From the human T2T-CHM13v2.0 reference genome, Homo sapiens, in NCBI RefSeq assembly GCF_009914755.1, contig NC_060945.1: 64,000 bases of DNA. One strand, given 5' to 3'. Below the pieces are notes generated by a model that was given only the letters and a program-made list of their open reading frames with translations, did no database searches and was not told the DNA's origin. The first letter of the stretch is position 1, and each line of letters opens with the position of its first letter. Below, one piece after another: positions 29,353 through 45,769 of this stretch. Both the position numbers and the translations under genes were made by a program.

Positions 29353-30339
29353 AATAGGAAGTAAGTTGGAAAACATGAGCCAACTGACTTTTTTTTCCTT
29401 AGACAGCTAAAGAAGAGTGGTTAGAAGTTTACTCACAAGTAAATCTTTTAAGGAGCGTTTACTTCCCAGAAACAGCAATGAGATCTTGGAGGGGCAATTC
29501 TTGTCAACTGTGCATCATCAATGGAGTTTAACTGTGAGAGGTAAAACCCATTGTTGGTCCCGACTCCACCAACCCAAATGGTCATATCTGAGGACTTCCT
29601 GTGGTTCTCCCGCCCCCACCCTCTCCACGGCATTTACTGCTCCTGTATACCCTGGACTTCTCGACAGGAAATGGCAAATTCCTCAGTAGGAAAGCCAAGA
29701 AGTGGGAGGTCACATGGAGACTGGAAGTTCATTGCGTGCAGCCCCTCCAGGTGACAGGCGACACCGCCTCTGCATGTTGAGTGCCTTTGTGACACATGAT
29801 CTCCTTGTCTCATGACCACAGGCAGCAGGGTCCTGATGAGTGCCCTGGAGAGAACTGTCCTCCCACCCCTGGGTGACACAGAGTCTCAGAAGCCAGCAGA
29901 GGTGCTGCACCAAAGGCTCAGACTTTCACCCTGCCTCTCTTCTCCTCAACTCTTTGCCCTAAAAAACATGTGCTTTGAGGGTGTGTTGAAAATCTCACTA
30001 AGTCAAATGATGCCTGTGGGGCAGAAATAACCCTTGCTCTGAAAGGGTCACCAAAAAGTCATGAGACTCCTACCTGTATGGAAGGTGGTGACTATATAGC
30101 CCTTGTATAAACAAACAAATACGGTGAAAGACTTGGCTCCATTTTTTTTTTTTGTCTGTTCGTTATTTTTTGGAGAAAACGTTGTGATAAGAAGCCTTTA
30201 GCCTACAAAAATGTCTCTAGATTAATGATAATTTATCTCACTTTTCTCAGTGAAACAGATGAATCAAAGAAAGTGAAGCATCGTAGACAATATAGGACCT
30301 TCCTGATAACATCTAACATTTAATAACGTGATCACAGCG

Positions 30340-30530
30340 TGGCGGCTCTAAAAGACATGCACATGTGAATTAATGCATCTAACCTGCACACTAGCTACCA
30401 TTATGCCCATTTTAAAGATGAGGAAAACTGAGACTCCAAAAATTAAATAAGTTGCCTAGAGCATCTTGCCAGTTAATGCACCAGAATTCTAAGCCAGCTG
30501 CCTGGTTCCAAAGCGCATGCCCATAAACGC
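30340..30530 (-). mobile_element. MIR fragment
   Basis: attatgcccattttaaagatgaggaaaactgagactc is the reverse MIR core. Confidence 0.75.
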
Positions 30531-32401
30531 GGAACATAATGCACCAAATGGCCTAGAACTGAAACGACTGCAAAAATAAGTCAACATATGAGAAACTAGA
30601 GAATATATAAAGCCAGCCCCACCATAATCAGTGGCAAGGGATGGGAGATGGGAAGAAGGGAGAAGGGAAGGGAAGCTAAATAATTTCAGTTTTTCTCTGT
30701 GCCTTTAATTCCTGTCCCCTGAAGATGACACGCTCATTTTAGTAGCAACCCATGACCAAGATGCATTCCCCAAGCTTTTCGCACCTGACAGAAAGGGACT
30801 CGGTGTCCAGGACTGTGCCCGATTACAATCAAAGCAGATGGACCCTTCCTTAGGGTAGGGCTGTTCTTCTGACAGCCTCCTCTGTGAAACTAGATTATAA
30901 GAGGATGTGCTGCTCTCAGACACCCTCTGCCTGTCCCCGCCTTGGGGTCCTTGCCTTTGCCATTCCCCTGGTCCGCATCACTCCTCCGAGGCATTTGCAA
31001 ACCTTGTTCTCACCTTTTCTTTGGGTCTCTGTCTGACAGGCCTTGCCCGATCATGTTCTCTAAACTAGAGGTCCCGCCCCCCGGCCACCTGGCTCTATCA
31101 TGTTCCCTACCTTCCCTCCTAAGGCTCCTGACTTCCTGCCACACTCTGTCTTCGTTGAGCTGTGATCTATTTGTCAGTCTCCCCCATCTGCATCCCCCTG
31201 ATTGACAGCACTGAGTGAGCCCAGCTGTCCTGCTGCTCATGCCCCTCAGCACCCATGAGCCTAGTGGGTGCCCAGTAAATCCTTAGTGAGTAAATGAATG
31301 AGTCAATTTCCACACACCAAATCCCAAAGGGATAAAAAGACATTGCCTTTCTGCCATTTCTTGGAAGAATTTTTTGAGACAAACTAAAGAAAGGAAGCTA
31401 CTTGTTATTAAATTTTTAAAAATCTGCCTACTATTTTCAGGCAAATATGTCATGATGACATCTATGAAATCTCTGAAATTAAAGAGAAGCCTGACGTTTC
31501 ACAGGAATTAAATGAAGTTGCTGCATCACAGGTGCTCCCTGCCACAGGGCTCCGTGTGGCAGCAGCAAACAGAACTCCTCGCTGCTTAGGTGTAGTCCTT
31601 AGGAATGAAAATCTGAACGTAGTACGTTAAAAAAAAAAATCTTCAAAAGCAAACAAAGCCCTAAGTGTCGCTGTGTATTATCAGGGCAGGGTCCTCCTCA
31701 GAGAGAGGCGGGCTGCAATCGCCCCTACACCTTTCACCAAGTGCCTCGCTTCAGGGGTCCCATTGTCTCCACGTTTAGGTTTAGGAGCCTGGCTCTTCGT
31801 AACACCAGCGAAACATGTTCTCCTAAAGATGTTCCCTGAGATACAACACCACTCCGCATTGTTTCACCACATACCAGCATTAATATCCCAGAGTAATCCA
31901 CCCTCCTCTTAACGGCTGATGACGGCTCCAATGGCCATGCAAAAATCAGTTGAAGGAAAGGGAAGTCTTGTCGGAAATGAGATTAGTCTTGTAACGAGTG
32001 TTCAGCCCTGATAACCCATCTGGGCACAGAACTGCTTAAACTGGAGAGCAATTAACCTTCACCCGACAAGCTCTGTCCAACCGTTATAAACATTAAAGAG
32101 ACAGAATCCTTCCCCCCTCCTTGTAGACTAAACAACCAGATTTGAAATTCCACGTAAACGGCCTCTTTCTGCAGATGTGCACCAACAACAACGTTTAGGG
32201 GGAAAAGGTGGGCAATGGCTCTGTTCATAACTCTGGTAACTTTTGGCCTTGGTGTGAGTGGGCTGAGGTTATTAGCGTAAAAATTAACTGGAGGTATTTC
32301 CAATAAAATCACCAGGTTTAGGGGACTGGACATAGTTGCTTTCATGCAGAAACCCATGTGTCCTATAGGAACACAACTTGATGCTTGAGATATTCTTTTT
32401 T

Positions 32402-32712
32402 CTTTTCTTTCTTTCCTTTTTTTTTTTTTTTTTTTTTTTTGAGACAGAGTCTCACTCTGTCGCCCAGGCTGGATTGCACTGGTGCGCTCATGGCTCACTG
32501 CAACCTTGACCTCCCCAGGCTCAGGTAATCCTCCTACCTCCACCTCCCAAGTAGCTGGGACCGCAGGCGAAGGCCACCATGCCCCACTAATTTTTCTGTT
32601 TTTTGTAGAGACAAGGTTTCACCATGTTGGCTAGGTTGGTCTCGCTCAAGCGATCCACCCACCTTGGCCTCCCAAAATGTTGGGATGACAGGCGTGAGTC
32701 ACTGCGCCTGGA
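32402..32712 (-). mobile_element. Alu (AluJ-like)
   Basis: Long T tail, diverged dimer with J-type caaccttgacctccccaggctcaggtaatcctcc. Confidence 0.92.
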
Positions 32713-34782
32713 CTTCTTTTTTCAACAGTAGAAATATTTGCACTGGGCTAGACTCTCACTCACTCCCAATTCCTCTCTTCCGACATTTGCATGAGTGATG
32801 CTGCTTGTGGTCACAGAAGGGAGATTTTTTTTTTAATCTCCGAGAAGTTATTGGTTTTCATGGGGAGCAAACCTGTGATCTTGCCTTTATCAGCATTTGC
32901 CGTAACCAGTCGAGTTAACCAAGTTGGGCCATGTGAAATACCGAGTGGTTAGAGAATCTACCAGGAAACCTACTGTTAAAAATAACTTTCACAACACTGA
33001 AGAGAAATAGCTGAGGTCACTTAATTTATCACTCAGGCATGAGCTTTCTTTAGCATCAGTTCATGCTGAGCCATTGGCTTGTTTATGGACATGATACTAA
33101 CAATAAATAGGTAAAGGGTAAGGGCCCTATGACATAGAGCTGGCTACAAACCAATGTGGGGTACACAATATGCCTAGCATTTAAACAAGAAAAAAATGTA
33201 AAGTACATGCAGAAAGTCATATGAGGGAACCAAACCTCTATGTTACTGACCTGTTAATGTGACTGCAACTCAGATTTTTTTAAATAGAAAGAAAAAAGGA
33301 AAACATATATTTAGCATGTCCTAAACAAATTTATCTCCCCAAGGTTTTAGTGCAATCTTCATGATGACCTGAGATAGCTATCAAAATAGTCCATCCTAAC
33401 ATTCGATCTTATCTCTCCCTTGAACCCAGTTTCTCTTTTTCCAGTAGGTAAGTCATAATACTCCAGGCCTCAGAGACGTGTTTGCACACAACGAGGCTGA
33501 GCCTATCTCACTTATAAGGATGACATATCTCACTCATGCTGGACTCCAGACCGGCCCCAATAACAGTTTTGGAGAGTGGCATGGTAGAGGATGTGTGTTA
33601 CATGGGAAGTACTACTGTACCCTGGGACAAGATATCCTGGCAACAGGTCTTGTTTTCATGGTTTGCATTTACATGCTTAACTGTTCCTTTTCCTGCCTTT
33701 GTAAGACTAAGAAAATCCTTACTGTACAGAGAAGGAACTGTGAAAATAGAGCAAGTGGGACTGACTCTCACATTGCAGGGATATGCACCATCTCCATTTT
33801 TGCAGCCAAATTAGATGCAAGCCCAGGATTCCACTGGCCTGGTTCTCCCAGGAACACTGGGAGTTTCTTGGTGTCTTAGCTTGAGGTGAGGTGAAGATGG
33901 GCTATGGGCACGTGAGCTGACCAGTTTTTCATCCTGTGTGCATTGGACGTAGACAAGGGCACACACAGACATGACAAGAATCCATGACCTAGCTCCTAAT
34001 GTAAATCTTCTTTCCCAAGACAATCTTGCAGAGCCCTCATGGTCAGTGATAAGAGGAACTTCAATTTTTATTTGGAATCTGACCCATTTCATAAGAATGA
34101 GTAACACCTGAATATTTAGGTGCAGATATCAAAGACAGAAGACAAAAAGAAATCATAGTGTTTGACAATAATATTAGTATAGGATGCCGTTTTATGAGTT
34201 CAGTCTTAGGACTGTGTAGGTGCAACGTGAAGACTTTCCTGAAGACAGCCACATGAATCATTTTTCATAGGATGTAATCACCACTGTCATCCATTAGTCC
34301 AGGCTTGACACATAGAATGGGGGTGACTGGCTGCCTAAGTAACAAACTCCCCACGTGTGCTTCTGACGAACTGTGTGGGCTGCCCTAAGCTTTTGCATGT
34401 CTCGACACTTACCAAGTAAAATGATGAGATAAGGAAAACCACAACATCATACTCAGTATCTTGTGAAACTGAAATGGTTGCAGAGTAAACACTTTGCCTT
34501 ACAGTGATTTTATTTTGACTATTATGCTGGATTTAACAATATAATGGTTAATATCCATGCTATAAAGTTTTATTTTTTCATCAACAAAACTAATTGCATT
34601 GGCACTTTCAAAATGTTGTTTGCACATAAATGATTTATACTTAAGTATGAGTGTAACAATCTTGCCATCAGGACCTGGTCTGTTGGGAGATATCAGTGAA
34701 TGGAGCCTGGCTCTTCCAATGGGCAACCGTTGTTTGTTGGTGAAGCTGCCACCCTTGAGACCTGCCTGGTCTCCTTCCCACC

Positions 34783-35943
34783 TGTAGCTGGCTAAGTAGT
34801 GTCTCCCCACAATTCACGTCCACCTGGAACCTCAGAATATGACCTTATTTAGAAGTAGGATCTTTGCAGATGTAATTAATGATTAAAATGAGATCATAGA
34901 TTAGGGTAGGTTCTAAATCCAGTGAGAGCATCCTCATAAGAGGCTGAGCAGGACACACAGAAACATAAAGAAGAAGGTCGTGGGATGACAAAAGCAGAGA
35001 CGGAAGGGATGCATCTACAGCAGTCTCCCCTTATCCACGGGGGACACACTACAAGACCCCCAGGGGATGTCTGAAACCTCAGACAGGACTGAACCCAACT
35101 GCCATTAACTGGAACACTTTCTGTTCCATCCACAAATGCAATACCTTTTCCATCTTAACTAAGCACTTACTATCCACTGTGGTCATCAGTTTTGCAGTTT
35201 GAGGTGCAACGGCAAAACAAGCACAGATTTCTTTTTATTTCTTCAAACTTCAAAGACAGAAGATTCATTCTTACTGTACATCTTAGCAACCACAGCATAT
35301 GATCTTTTTCCTTGTAAGTACAGAACTTTCACCTTTTCACTGAAAGAAAGCACTTTACGGCTTCTCTTTAACATACCCGGAATTGCCAGGATCAGTCCTC
35401 TTGTGCCTTGGGGCTACTACTGAATAAAAGAAGGGCTACCTACACATAAGCACTGTGATACCGTGACAGTCGATCCCATAACCAAGAGGGCTACTCGGTG
35501 ACTAACAGGCAGGTAGCATCTGTAGCATGGATACGGTGGACAAAAGGGGAATTCATGTCCTGGGTGGAGCAGGGCAGGATGGTACAAGACTTCATCATGC
35601 TACTTAGCATGGTGAACAATTTAAGACGTATGATTCATTTATTTCTAGAAATGGCCATCTAATATCTTCAGACAGCAGATGAAACTGCCAGAAACCATGG
35701 AAAGTGGAATCGCGGATAAGAGAGGACTACTGTCCAAGCCAAGGAACACAGGGCTTGCAGGCAACCCCCGGAGCTGGAGGAGGCACCAGATGCATCCTTC
35801 CTCACAGCCTCCAGAAGGGACCAACCCAGCCAACACCTCGATTTTGGATTTCTGGACTCCCAAGCTATAACAGAATAAATTTATCTTGCTTTAAGCCACT
35901 AGGTTGTAATAATTTGTCACAGCTATCCTGAGAAACTGGTACA
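34783..35943 (+). mobile_element. MLT1C-like solo LTR split by a MER44 insertion
   Basis: cctcagaatatgaccttattt...tctttgcagatgtaatt (34783-35017) resumes at ccaagccaaggaacac...aataaat...ttaagccac (35733-35943). Confidence 0.88.
35018..35732 (-). mobile_element. MER44 (Tigger7-derived Tc1/mariner MITE), about 715 bp
   Basis: Terminal inverted repeats cagcagtctccccttatcc ... ggataagagaggactactg. TA target at 35016-35017. Confidence 0.85.
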
Positions 35944-35997
35944 GTACTTGTGGATGCTGTTTTTAACAAAAATTTTGCCACTTTAGGGCACTATATG

Positions 35998-36031
<34 letters not shown>

Positions 36032-37611
36032 CTTATAGAGTTAGGTCAATTTCCAAAAGTGCTGGAGTTTATGCCAAGAATTAAGTGACTCCCTGGTTGC
36101 AGTGGCCAAATAGCCTGAAATTTTCAAAGTAATACTAATTTTGCAAAACTTTTCATGTAAACTCCTTTGCCTGACCATGCCCTAATTTTTGTGATTAGGA
36201 AAATCTGGCTCTTATCCCACTGGAGGAAAAGTGTCTAGTTCATATTCTAATGGAAATCATCACTTGGGAGGTGTTTTGACAAACATCTCTCAGTTTTGTT
36301 TAAAAATTATGTTAGAAATTAAGAAAAATAACGAATGGAAAACAAAATCTAATTTTTGGTATATTTTCCTGCTAACATTTGTGGGCAAATTAGTTAAATT
36401 ATGATTGTTTCATGCATACTTACTCCTCCAACAGCATCCTAGCTCTCTTAGGAGTTCCTTTTAATTATCCTAAAAACAGTTAAGAGTATACTGAGCCAAA
36501 ATATAATTAGGTTGAGAAACAATGAACTCCTAAATGACCAATCAAGTTTTTTCCAACATTTTAATTCTCAAATAAAGGTCATTTCCTTTTATTTGACTCC
36601 TTAAAAACTAGATTATAGTTCTTCTAGGAGAGGAACCAAGTCAGATTTCTTTTAATCACATACATTGCCAAATGCATGCTTTACTCAGGGAAAGATTTCA
36701 ATATGCATCATTTATTCATGCATTCATTCATTCAGGAAACAGAGTAGCACTTTACATGCGGACGCTGTGGAAACAATGGTGATATGAATTCTTAAATGAT
36801 TAAAGAAACAGTCCACTAAAAATCTTATCAAGATAATAGAATACTTCAGATTTTATGAAAGATTACATTTTCATTGGCCTATATATAATGTTTTAACCAG
36901 TAAGGCTCACTAAGTTAAATAATATGCTGGATAATCTTAAATTTACAGAAGGGTTTTCAGTTTTACTATTTGGCTTAGATAAGCTGGTAGTTACTTGCTA
37001 AAATTAATCTTTATTATAAAGCAGATCATCTTGAAACTGAATACAAAAACAAACGTAGCTATTATTGAAAATGTTATGCTATCTCATATCCATTAGAGAT
37101 GTTATTTATATAATAAGTACTGTGTTGTAATTTGCCTGATTCCAATGAATACAGAAACCCTCAGTGTGAATCAATATACTAGACACCAGCAGACATATTT
37201 AAAAGATTGCTACAGTTTCACTGACATTTCAAAGAGGTGACTGTAGTAACAAAAGAAGAAAAATGAATAGTCCCTATCATAGCACATTAATACAACTTGT
37301 CACTAGTTCATGTCCAGAAAGACTTATTATATAATAGATTGTCAAAGTCGAATATTTCAATGACCCAATGCAAATCCTGGATAAATGCTGGTAGGTGTTG
37401 CTGCTCAATAAAAATGAAAGTGGTGTTTGGTTTTGCTCATCAAGGCAAGTGTCATGTAGCAAAATGCAGGCTATGGGTTGCCTGGAAACTGTATTCCTGC
37501 TTTTAATTTACAAGTGAAACATTCCCATCCATGGCCTGGAAGGGACCATCATGTACTCGGCAGCACTCATTAGATTCTGGGCAGCCCCCGGTCATCTGAC
37601 CTTCCCAAACA

Positions 37612-38850
<1,239 letters not shown>

Positions 38851-38903
38851 AAATCAAAAAGTCATAGTTCAAACCACTCTTTTGGAAAAGTATGGATTTG
38901 TTA

Positions 38904-39305
<402 letters not shown>

Positions 39306-39534
39306 ACAGCAATTCTTTGTGATTTTAATATAGGGTGCCAGCCACATCACTGATTCATGCACTCACTCATGCATTTGTCATGCAGGAAGTTATTTATTCA
39401 TTTATGAAATGGACATTTACTGATAGCCTGCTTTTTAATAGGCACCATCAGCATGACTGAAAGGTTACATGACAACAGCCACAGAACTTAAGGCATAGAA
39501 CTTTAACAACACACGTTTTGAGTTACTGGTCTTG

Positions 39535-39679
39535 ACGCCTGGCTAATTTTTTGTATTTTAGTAGAGATGGGGTTTCACTGTGTTGCCCAGGCTGGTCGTG
39601 AACTCCTGAGCTCAGACAATCCACCCGCCTCAACCTCCCAAAGTGCTGCAATTACATGTGTGAGCCACCGCGCCCGGTC
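39535..39679 (-). mobile_element. Alu left arm plus linker only
   Basis: gcctggctaattttttgtattttagtagagatgggg...gagccaccgcgcccgg. No right arm or tail. Confidence 0.88.
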
Positions 39680-40861
39680 GGGGTTCTATAGATTCTTAAT
39701 CATGATTAACCAGCAATATGATAATTCAATAGATCCCTGCTCACCTCCCCTAAAGAATGTGCCACTCTAAGTAGTTGGTTCAAAATAGCTTGACTTTTTA
39801 ACCTCTAGATCCACTCCAGAGAACAGTGGTCTCTCCCCATTGCACAAACACATTCATTTATTTAACAGCATCACCCAAAGCATAAGAATGGGAGGAAACA
39901 ATGAACGTCCTTCATTTCTCCAACTTTAAATTATCAAAACTACTGATTTTCTGGGCTCACAAAAATGCAGTTGAGTTCAGCTGTTGAAAGTTTGGTTAAC
40001 ATGTCAGTTGAGCCACCAAATGGAATAACAGTTGTAACTCTCTTATGTTTTCTCTACTGTCCTCAAAGGAATAGCATGAGAACAAAGCAATTAGCATACA
40101 TTCAGGAGTTGCATAATGATGTTTTGGACAATGACAGACTGCAGATAGGACGAGGGTACCATAAGATTATAATGGAGCTGAAAAATCTCTATGGCCTAGT
40201 GACATACAGCTGTAGTAACACTGTAGCACAATGCATTTCTCACATGTTTTTGGTGGTGCTGGTGTACAAACCTACTGTGTTGCCAGTTGTATAAAGTATA
40301 GCACATACAATTCTGTACAGTACATAATAGTTGATAATGATAATAGTTGACTATGTTATTGGTTTACATATTTACTATACCATACTTTTCATCATTATTT
40401 TAGAGTGTACTTTTTCTATTTCCAAAAAAAAAAAAAGTTAATTGTAAAACAGCCTCAGGCAGGTCCTTCAAGAAGGATTCCACAATAAGGCACTGTTATC
40501 GTAGGAGATGACAGCTCCACACAGATTATTGTCCCTGCAGACCTTCCAGTGGCACAGGGACAAGATGTAGAGATGAAAAACAGTGATATTGATGATCCTG
40601 ACCCTGTGTAGACCTACGCTAATGTATGTGTTTGTGTCTTAGTTTTTAATAAAAAGTTTAGAAAGTTAAAAAAAAAATAGAACAAAGCTTATTGAGTAAG
40701 GATATAAAGAATGAAAATATTTCTGTACAACTGAACCACGTATTTGTGTTTCAAGCTAAGTGAGTACAAAAGAGTCAAAAAGTTTAAAAAATTAATAAGT
40801 AAAAAAAGTTATAGTAATCTAATATGAATTTACTATTGAAGAAATGTTTTAATAAATTTAG

Positions 40862-41173
<312 letters not shown>

Positions 41174-41220
41174 AATATACAGTGTTTATAAGTCTACAGT
41201 AGTAGATAGTGATGTCCTAG

Positions 41221-41648
<428 letters not shown>

Positions 41649-42121
41649 TCTACTGCATTATTACTATACCTTTCCCACATTTTGATACATAAAAACCATT
41701 GTGTTAAGTGTCACAATTGCCTACAGTATTCAGCCTGGTCACATGCTGCACAGGTTTGTAGCCTAGGAGCACAGGCTACACTTATAGCCTGTAGCCTACG
41801 TGTGCAGCCGGCTATGCCATGTACATTTGTGTAAGTGCTCTTTGTGATGTTTGCACGATGAAATCATCTAACAACTCATTTCTCAGAACTGACCGGGCAT
41901 GGTGATGCATGACTGTGTAGGGAAATACTTTCACCCCTTTAGAAGAAGCTATAAATAACCAGGTATAAATGCAGGATTCCTTTCCAAAGACAAATACTGG
42001 AAACAAACACAATCAAGGAAGATAATTGATTACTTCAAAAAAACAATTGAGATATGAGAGTAAATTAAATAAGAAGACTGTGACTAGGATAAGTAACCAA
42101 TAACAGCCCATAACAGCTAAC

Positions 42122-42264
42122 ATTATTATTATTGTTGTTATTATTATGAGATGAGGTATTTTGCCAGGTTGCCCAGGCTGACCTCAGATACTGAGGCTCA
42201 AGAGATCCTTTGCTTTGGCTTCCCGAGAAGCTGAAACTACAGGCAGCTGCCAGCATGCCTGGTC
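42122..42264 (-). mobile_element. FLAM-type Alu monomer
   Basis: (TTA)n tail then gttgcccaggctgacctc...ggctcaagagatcct...ctacagg...catgcctgg. Confidence 0.8.
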
Positions 42265-42289
42265 TGCAATTTACATCTTTTGTACACTA

Positions 42290-42425
42290 CAGCACGTTAC
42301 TGTTCAAAGCACATACAAGTATTAAGCTGCTTAATCCTTGCAACACTACCAAGAAGTAGGAGTTATTATCATGACTGACTCTCTTCTACAGATGGGGAAA
42401 CGAGGCACAGGGAAGTGAAAGGCGT
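42290..42425 (-). mobile_element. MIR fragment
   Basis: ttaatccttgcaacac...tacagatggggaaacgaggcacag. Confidence 0.7.
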
Positions 42426-45400
42426 GGTGGGACAGGGACCTGCGGTCTGGATCTGCTTCATATAGAGAAACTGGGTTCTTAAGAAGGAAAATGGGCCTTA
42501 ATTTCTAAATCGTAACAAGTTCAGCCCTCACTCCTCTTTTTTTTTTTTTTTCACTATCCTGGAAAAAAAAAAAGAAGTGGATAGAAAGGTACTAATAACA
42601 ATGAGTTTAATTTCTCAAATTTTATTATTCTTTAAAAAGGATACATTGGTACAGGAGTAAAGACAAAAAAAATCAAAAAAGAGTCGAGTATTCAAAGACC
42701 CTTGATGGTGTAACATCAATTATTTTAATTTTGTTTTTAAAATTTTTATTTTCTAAACTCCTATAATAATTGTTTTTCAAATGGGGAAAAAGAACGAAGT
42801 TTTTATTACTGCCTTTCTTTCTACAATATATTATTCAATGGAGATACTGAACCTGTATTTGCTACAGGCTAAAGAAAATAAAATAAAACAATCCCTAGCC
42901 AGGCAAGGGAGATTTTCAGAGAGGATGCCAACAGGGTCCTATCCCATCAGGCATCCATGACAAATCTGTCTGCTGTCTGGTCCTGTAGCATCACCCAAAT
43001 GTGGTTCAGGCAGCACTGGAAACAATACAGACTCAGGAGATCAGGGAAGTCATTTTGCAAAGAAGCAGAAGTGTCAGGAGGTAGCACCTGTAAGGATGAA
43101 TGCTGGAGCTGTCTCATGGAGTTTCACAGAAAGGTAACAAGCTGCACAATGACTGTCTAGGGGCAACAGATACATAGGAGGAAAGCAGTCTTCATTCAAA
43201 CAGGATACTGAGATTGACATAGTGTGTCTTCCAACAAGATAAGCAAAAGTATGTGAAGAAATGAGTCCCTAAAGGAAAATATCTCTTTGGGCAATTTCAC
43301 TTCAATTCAATTTCATGTTAAATACAAAATACATATATTGAATATGTGGATAAAATCACTAGAATATATTCGTGCAATAACATCTACGTGAGACATGACA
43401 GCATCTCACCATGTCTGGCAGTCTCTCGGGGTCAAATGCAATCTCTGCCCCCCACCTGGCAGTCATCGGCACTTATGGAATAGGCCAGGCAGAAGGCTCT
43501 GTTAGATACTGCCTTCTTCCCTTCGCAATGCACTGTCCCAGACTTCCTGGGGTGAGAGAAGTGATTGTCTATGAGAGCTAGCTTGGAGTGAATGAAAACA
43601 GCATTTAAGAGGCTCAGCATTTTCTGATCGCCAAAGGGGGTACCCTTCAACATGAGGTGACCCAGCAATGATTGGCTGCTGAGTTCTTTGAGTATTTTAG
43701 GGACCTGCAGGAGATCTGGGTGGAGCTGTGGGTTTCCGTGTGTACAGTGTGTAAACATCACCCTTTGGTGCTTCGCCAGTGCTTAAGGGGCTCCCAGGTG
43801 CTATTTATTTTGTTTAGTTTATTGTTCAGTGTTATTGTTTGTTGACTTGATCTATTTTTTTTTCTCCTACAAAGGGGCCAGTCTGCAAGGACACATCCTG
43901 TAGATGGCTAATTGATGATGCCCTATTGTTTAGTGTGTGTGCACTGTGGTTTTATTTGCTTCGGTTCAAAGGGCCTAAACAATGCATTCGTTGGAATTTA
44001 GTAACTGCTGTAAAATCAGCACAGAGAACAATCTGTGAGCTGATATTTTTTGTACCCAAATCTGGTAATCTCTGCTTGACTAAAGAAAGCAAAATCTAAA
44101 ATGACCTTTCAACTAACCATAGAAAAGGCCTTCCATTGAATCTCAAAGAGACTTATTTTTCTACCAAATATAAAAACATTCGAATTATGCATCATTTTCC
44201 ATGATTCAAAGGAGACAGAGGTGCCTACGGGGCATGTTACTCATAGACAAGTCTATTCTAGTCTAATCACGTCCCCTTAAAAATCACCGAGTAGATGACA
44301 CCGAGGATGAGAACGAGGTACTGTAATCATTACTTTAGAAACTTTATATTTTTACCTGTTTCAAGACAGAATTCTCCTAGAAAATCTGGAGCAACAAGCT
44401 TATTCCCCTTGGAGAGGAGATAACGAATAATGGACCACGCATTCGGAGAGAGGAAGTTTCCACTGGGAGCCCTTCCTGCATCAGTGCGTCTCTGGTTGGG
44501 CTGGCTATCTGTGTAGGAAGTGAACGCAGGAAGTATCTGTCTACAAACCCTTTATCCTCAAGGTAATTGCTGTAGCAGCATTTTACTGTTTACCAAAGCA
44601 GTAAACATGTGATCTAAAAAAAGATGTTTTCCATCTCCAGAAGAACAAGGCTTTAAAAAATGTATACATGTGCTTATTTTGTAACCAGCTTATCAAAATT
44701 GGTTACAATAGGCTTGGGCTTTCAACAGTGAGTCCATGAAAACAGCTCTTGGGATGGACAGAGGTACCCTCACAGGGATGCACAAGAAACAAAGAAGTGG
44801 CTTCCTTCACTAGAATGCTATCCTAGCAACACACATTTTATGTCTTTTCTCCTAAGACCGGCTTAACCGAGTTCATACTGTTTGGCTTACAAAGAAGGTA
44901 AAGTCAACAAAACTATCTATGTTAATTCAGGTTGGTAGAATGAGTAATTCACAAAGTCCAATAACTCATAAAAGTCACTTACATTTGGCCTTGGACAATA
45001 TTCTTATTTTTACGTGACTATAAATATGCTTCCAGTTTAGGAGTTCACACAAGACAAAGTGAAAAGTTAGAACTCAAAAGGAGATGTGTAGTGGCTGCTT
45101 TTGCTGACTTTTGCCTGGCGTAGGCCAAGCCTCCTGGTCCGTCTTTTCCTTTGTTTCTTTATTCCAGATCAAGCTTGCAAACCTGCACCGTCCCAGATTT
45201 CCTGGGGTAAGAGAAGTGATTGTCTAGGAGAGGCAGCTTGGAATGAATAAAAACAGGTCCAGGAAGGATCCCTCAGCATTTAAGAGGCTCAGGAGGGGTC
45301 CCCCTCATCATCCTTGTTGTCCTTTGTGTTTTTCAAGCCGCCTTCCAGGTGGATAGCGATTGCAATGAGAGAGAAAGAGTATGGAAGGAGAATAAGAAGA

Positions 45401-45769
45401 ATAGGGAGACACAGAAGTTAACAACGCCCTGAATGTCTCCTTCCAGGACCTGCTGTGCAGTGTCCGGTGAACTCACCAGCAAGCATTTCCCAGCCCTGTT
45501 TTAAGCAATCTCCAATGCAGATCAGGTGCTCGTGAATAATTGGGAGCTCACTGTGTCTGTCAGAGTTCTTACTTTATAATGAAGAGATAAAAACATGTTC
45601 ATCACAGGAAAATGGACAAATTGGCTAATTGAAAACAAAATTCAATTCACAAACTGTTGTAGAAATTGAAAAAAAAAAGGTAGGGGGAAATGCTTTTCAT
45701 AGATTCCCTGATTTTAGTCTTAGAAGAAAAATGTATTTGGCTTGAATGAATAGTAAAATTAACTAACTT

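Noticed and set aside
29893-29907. CTCF-like CCAGCAGAGGTGCTG
   Set aside because: Mismatches in the conserved GGC core; too weak without data.
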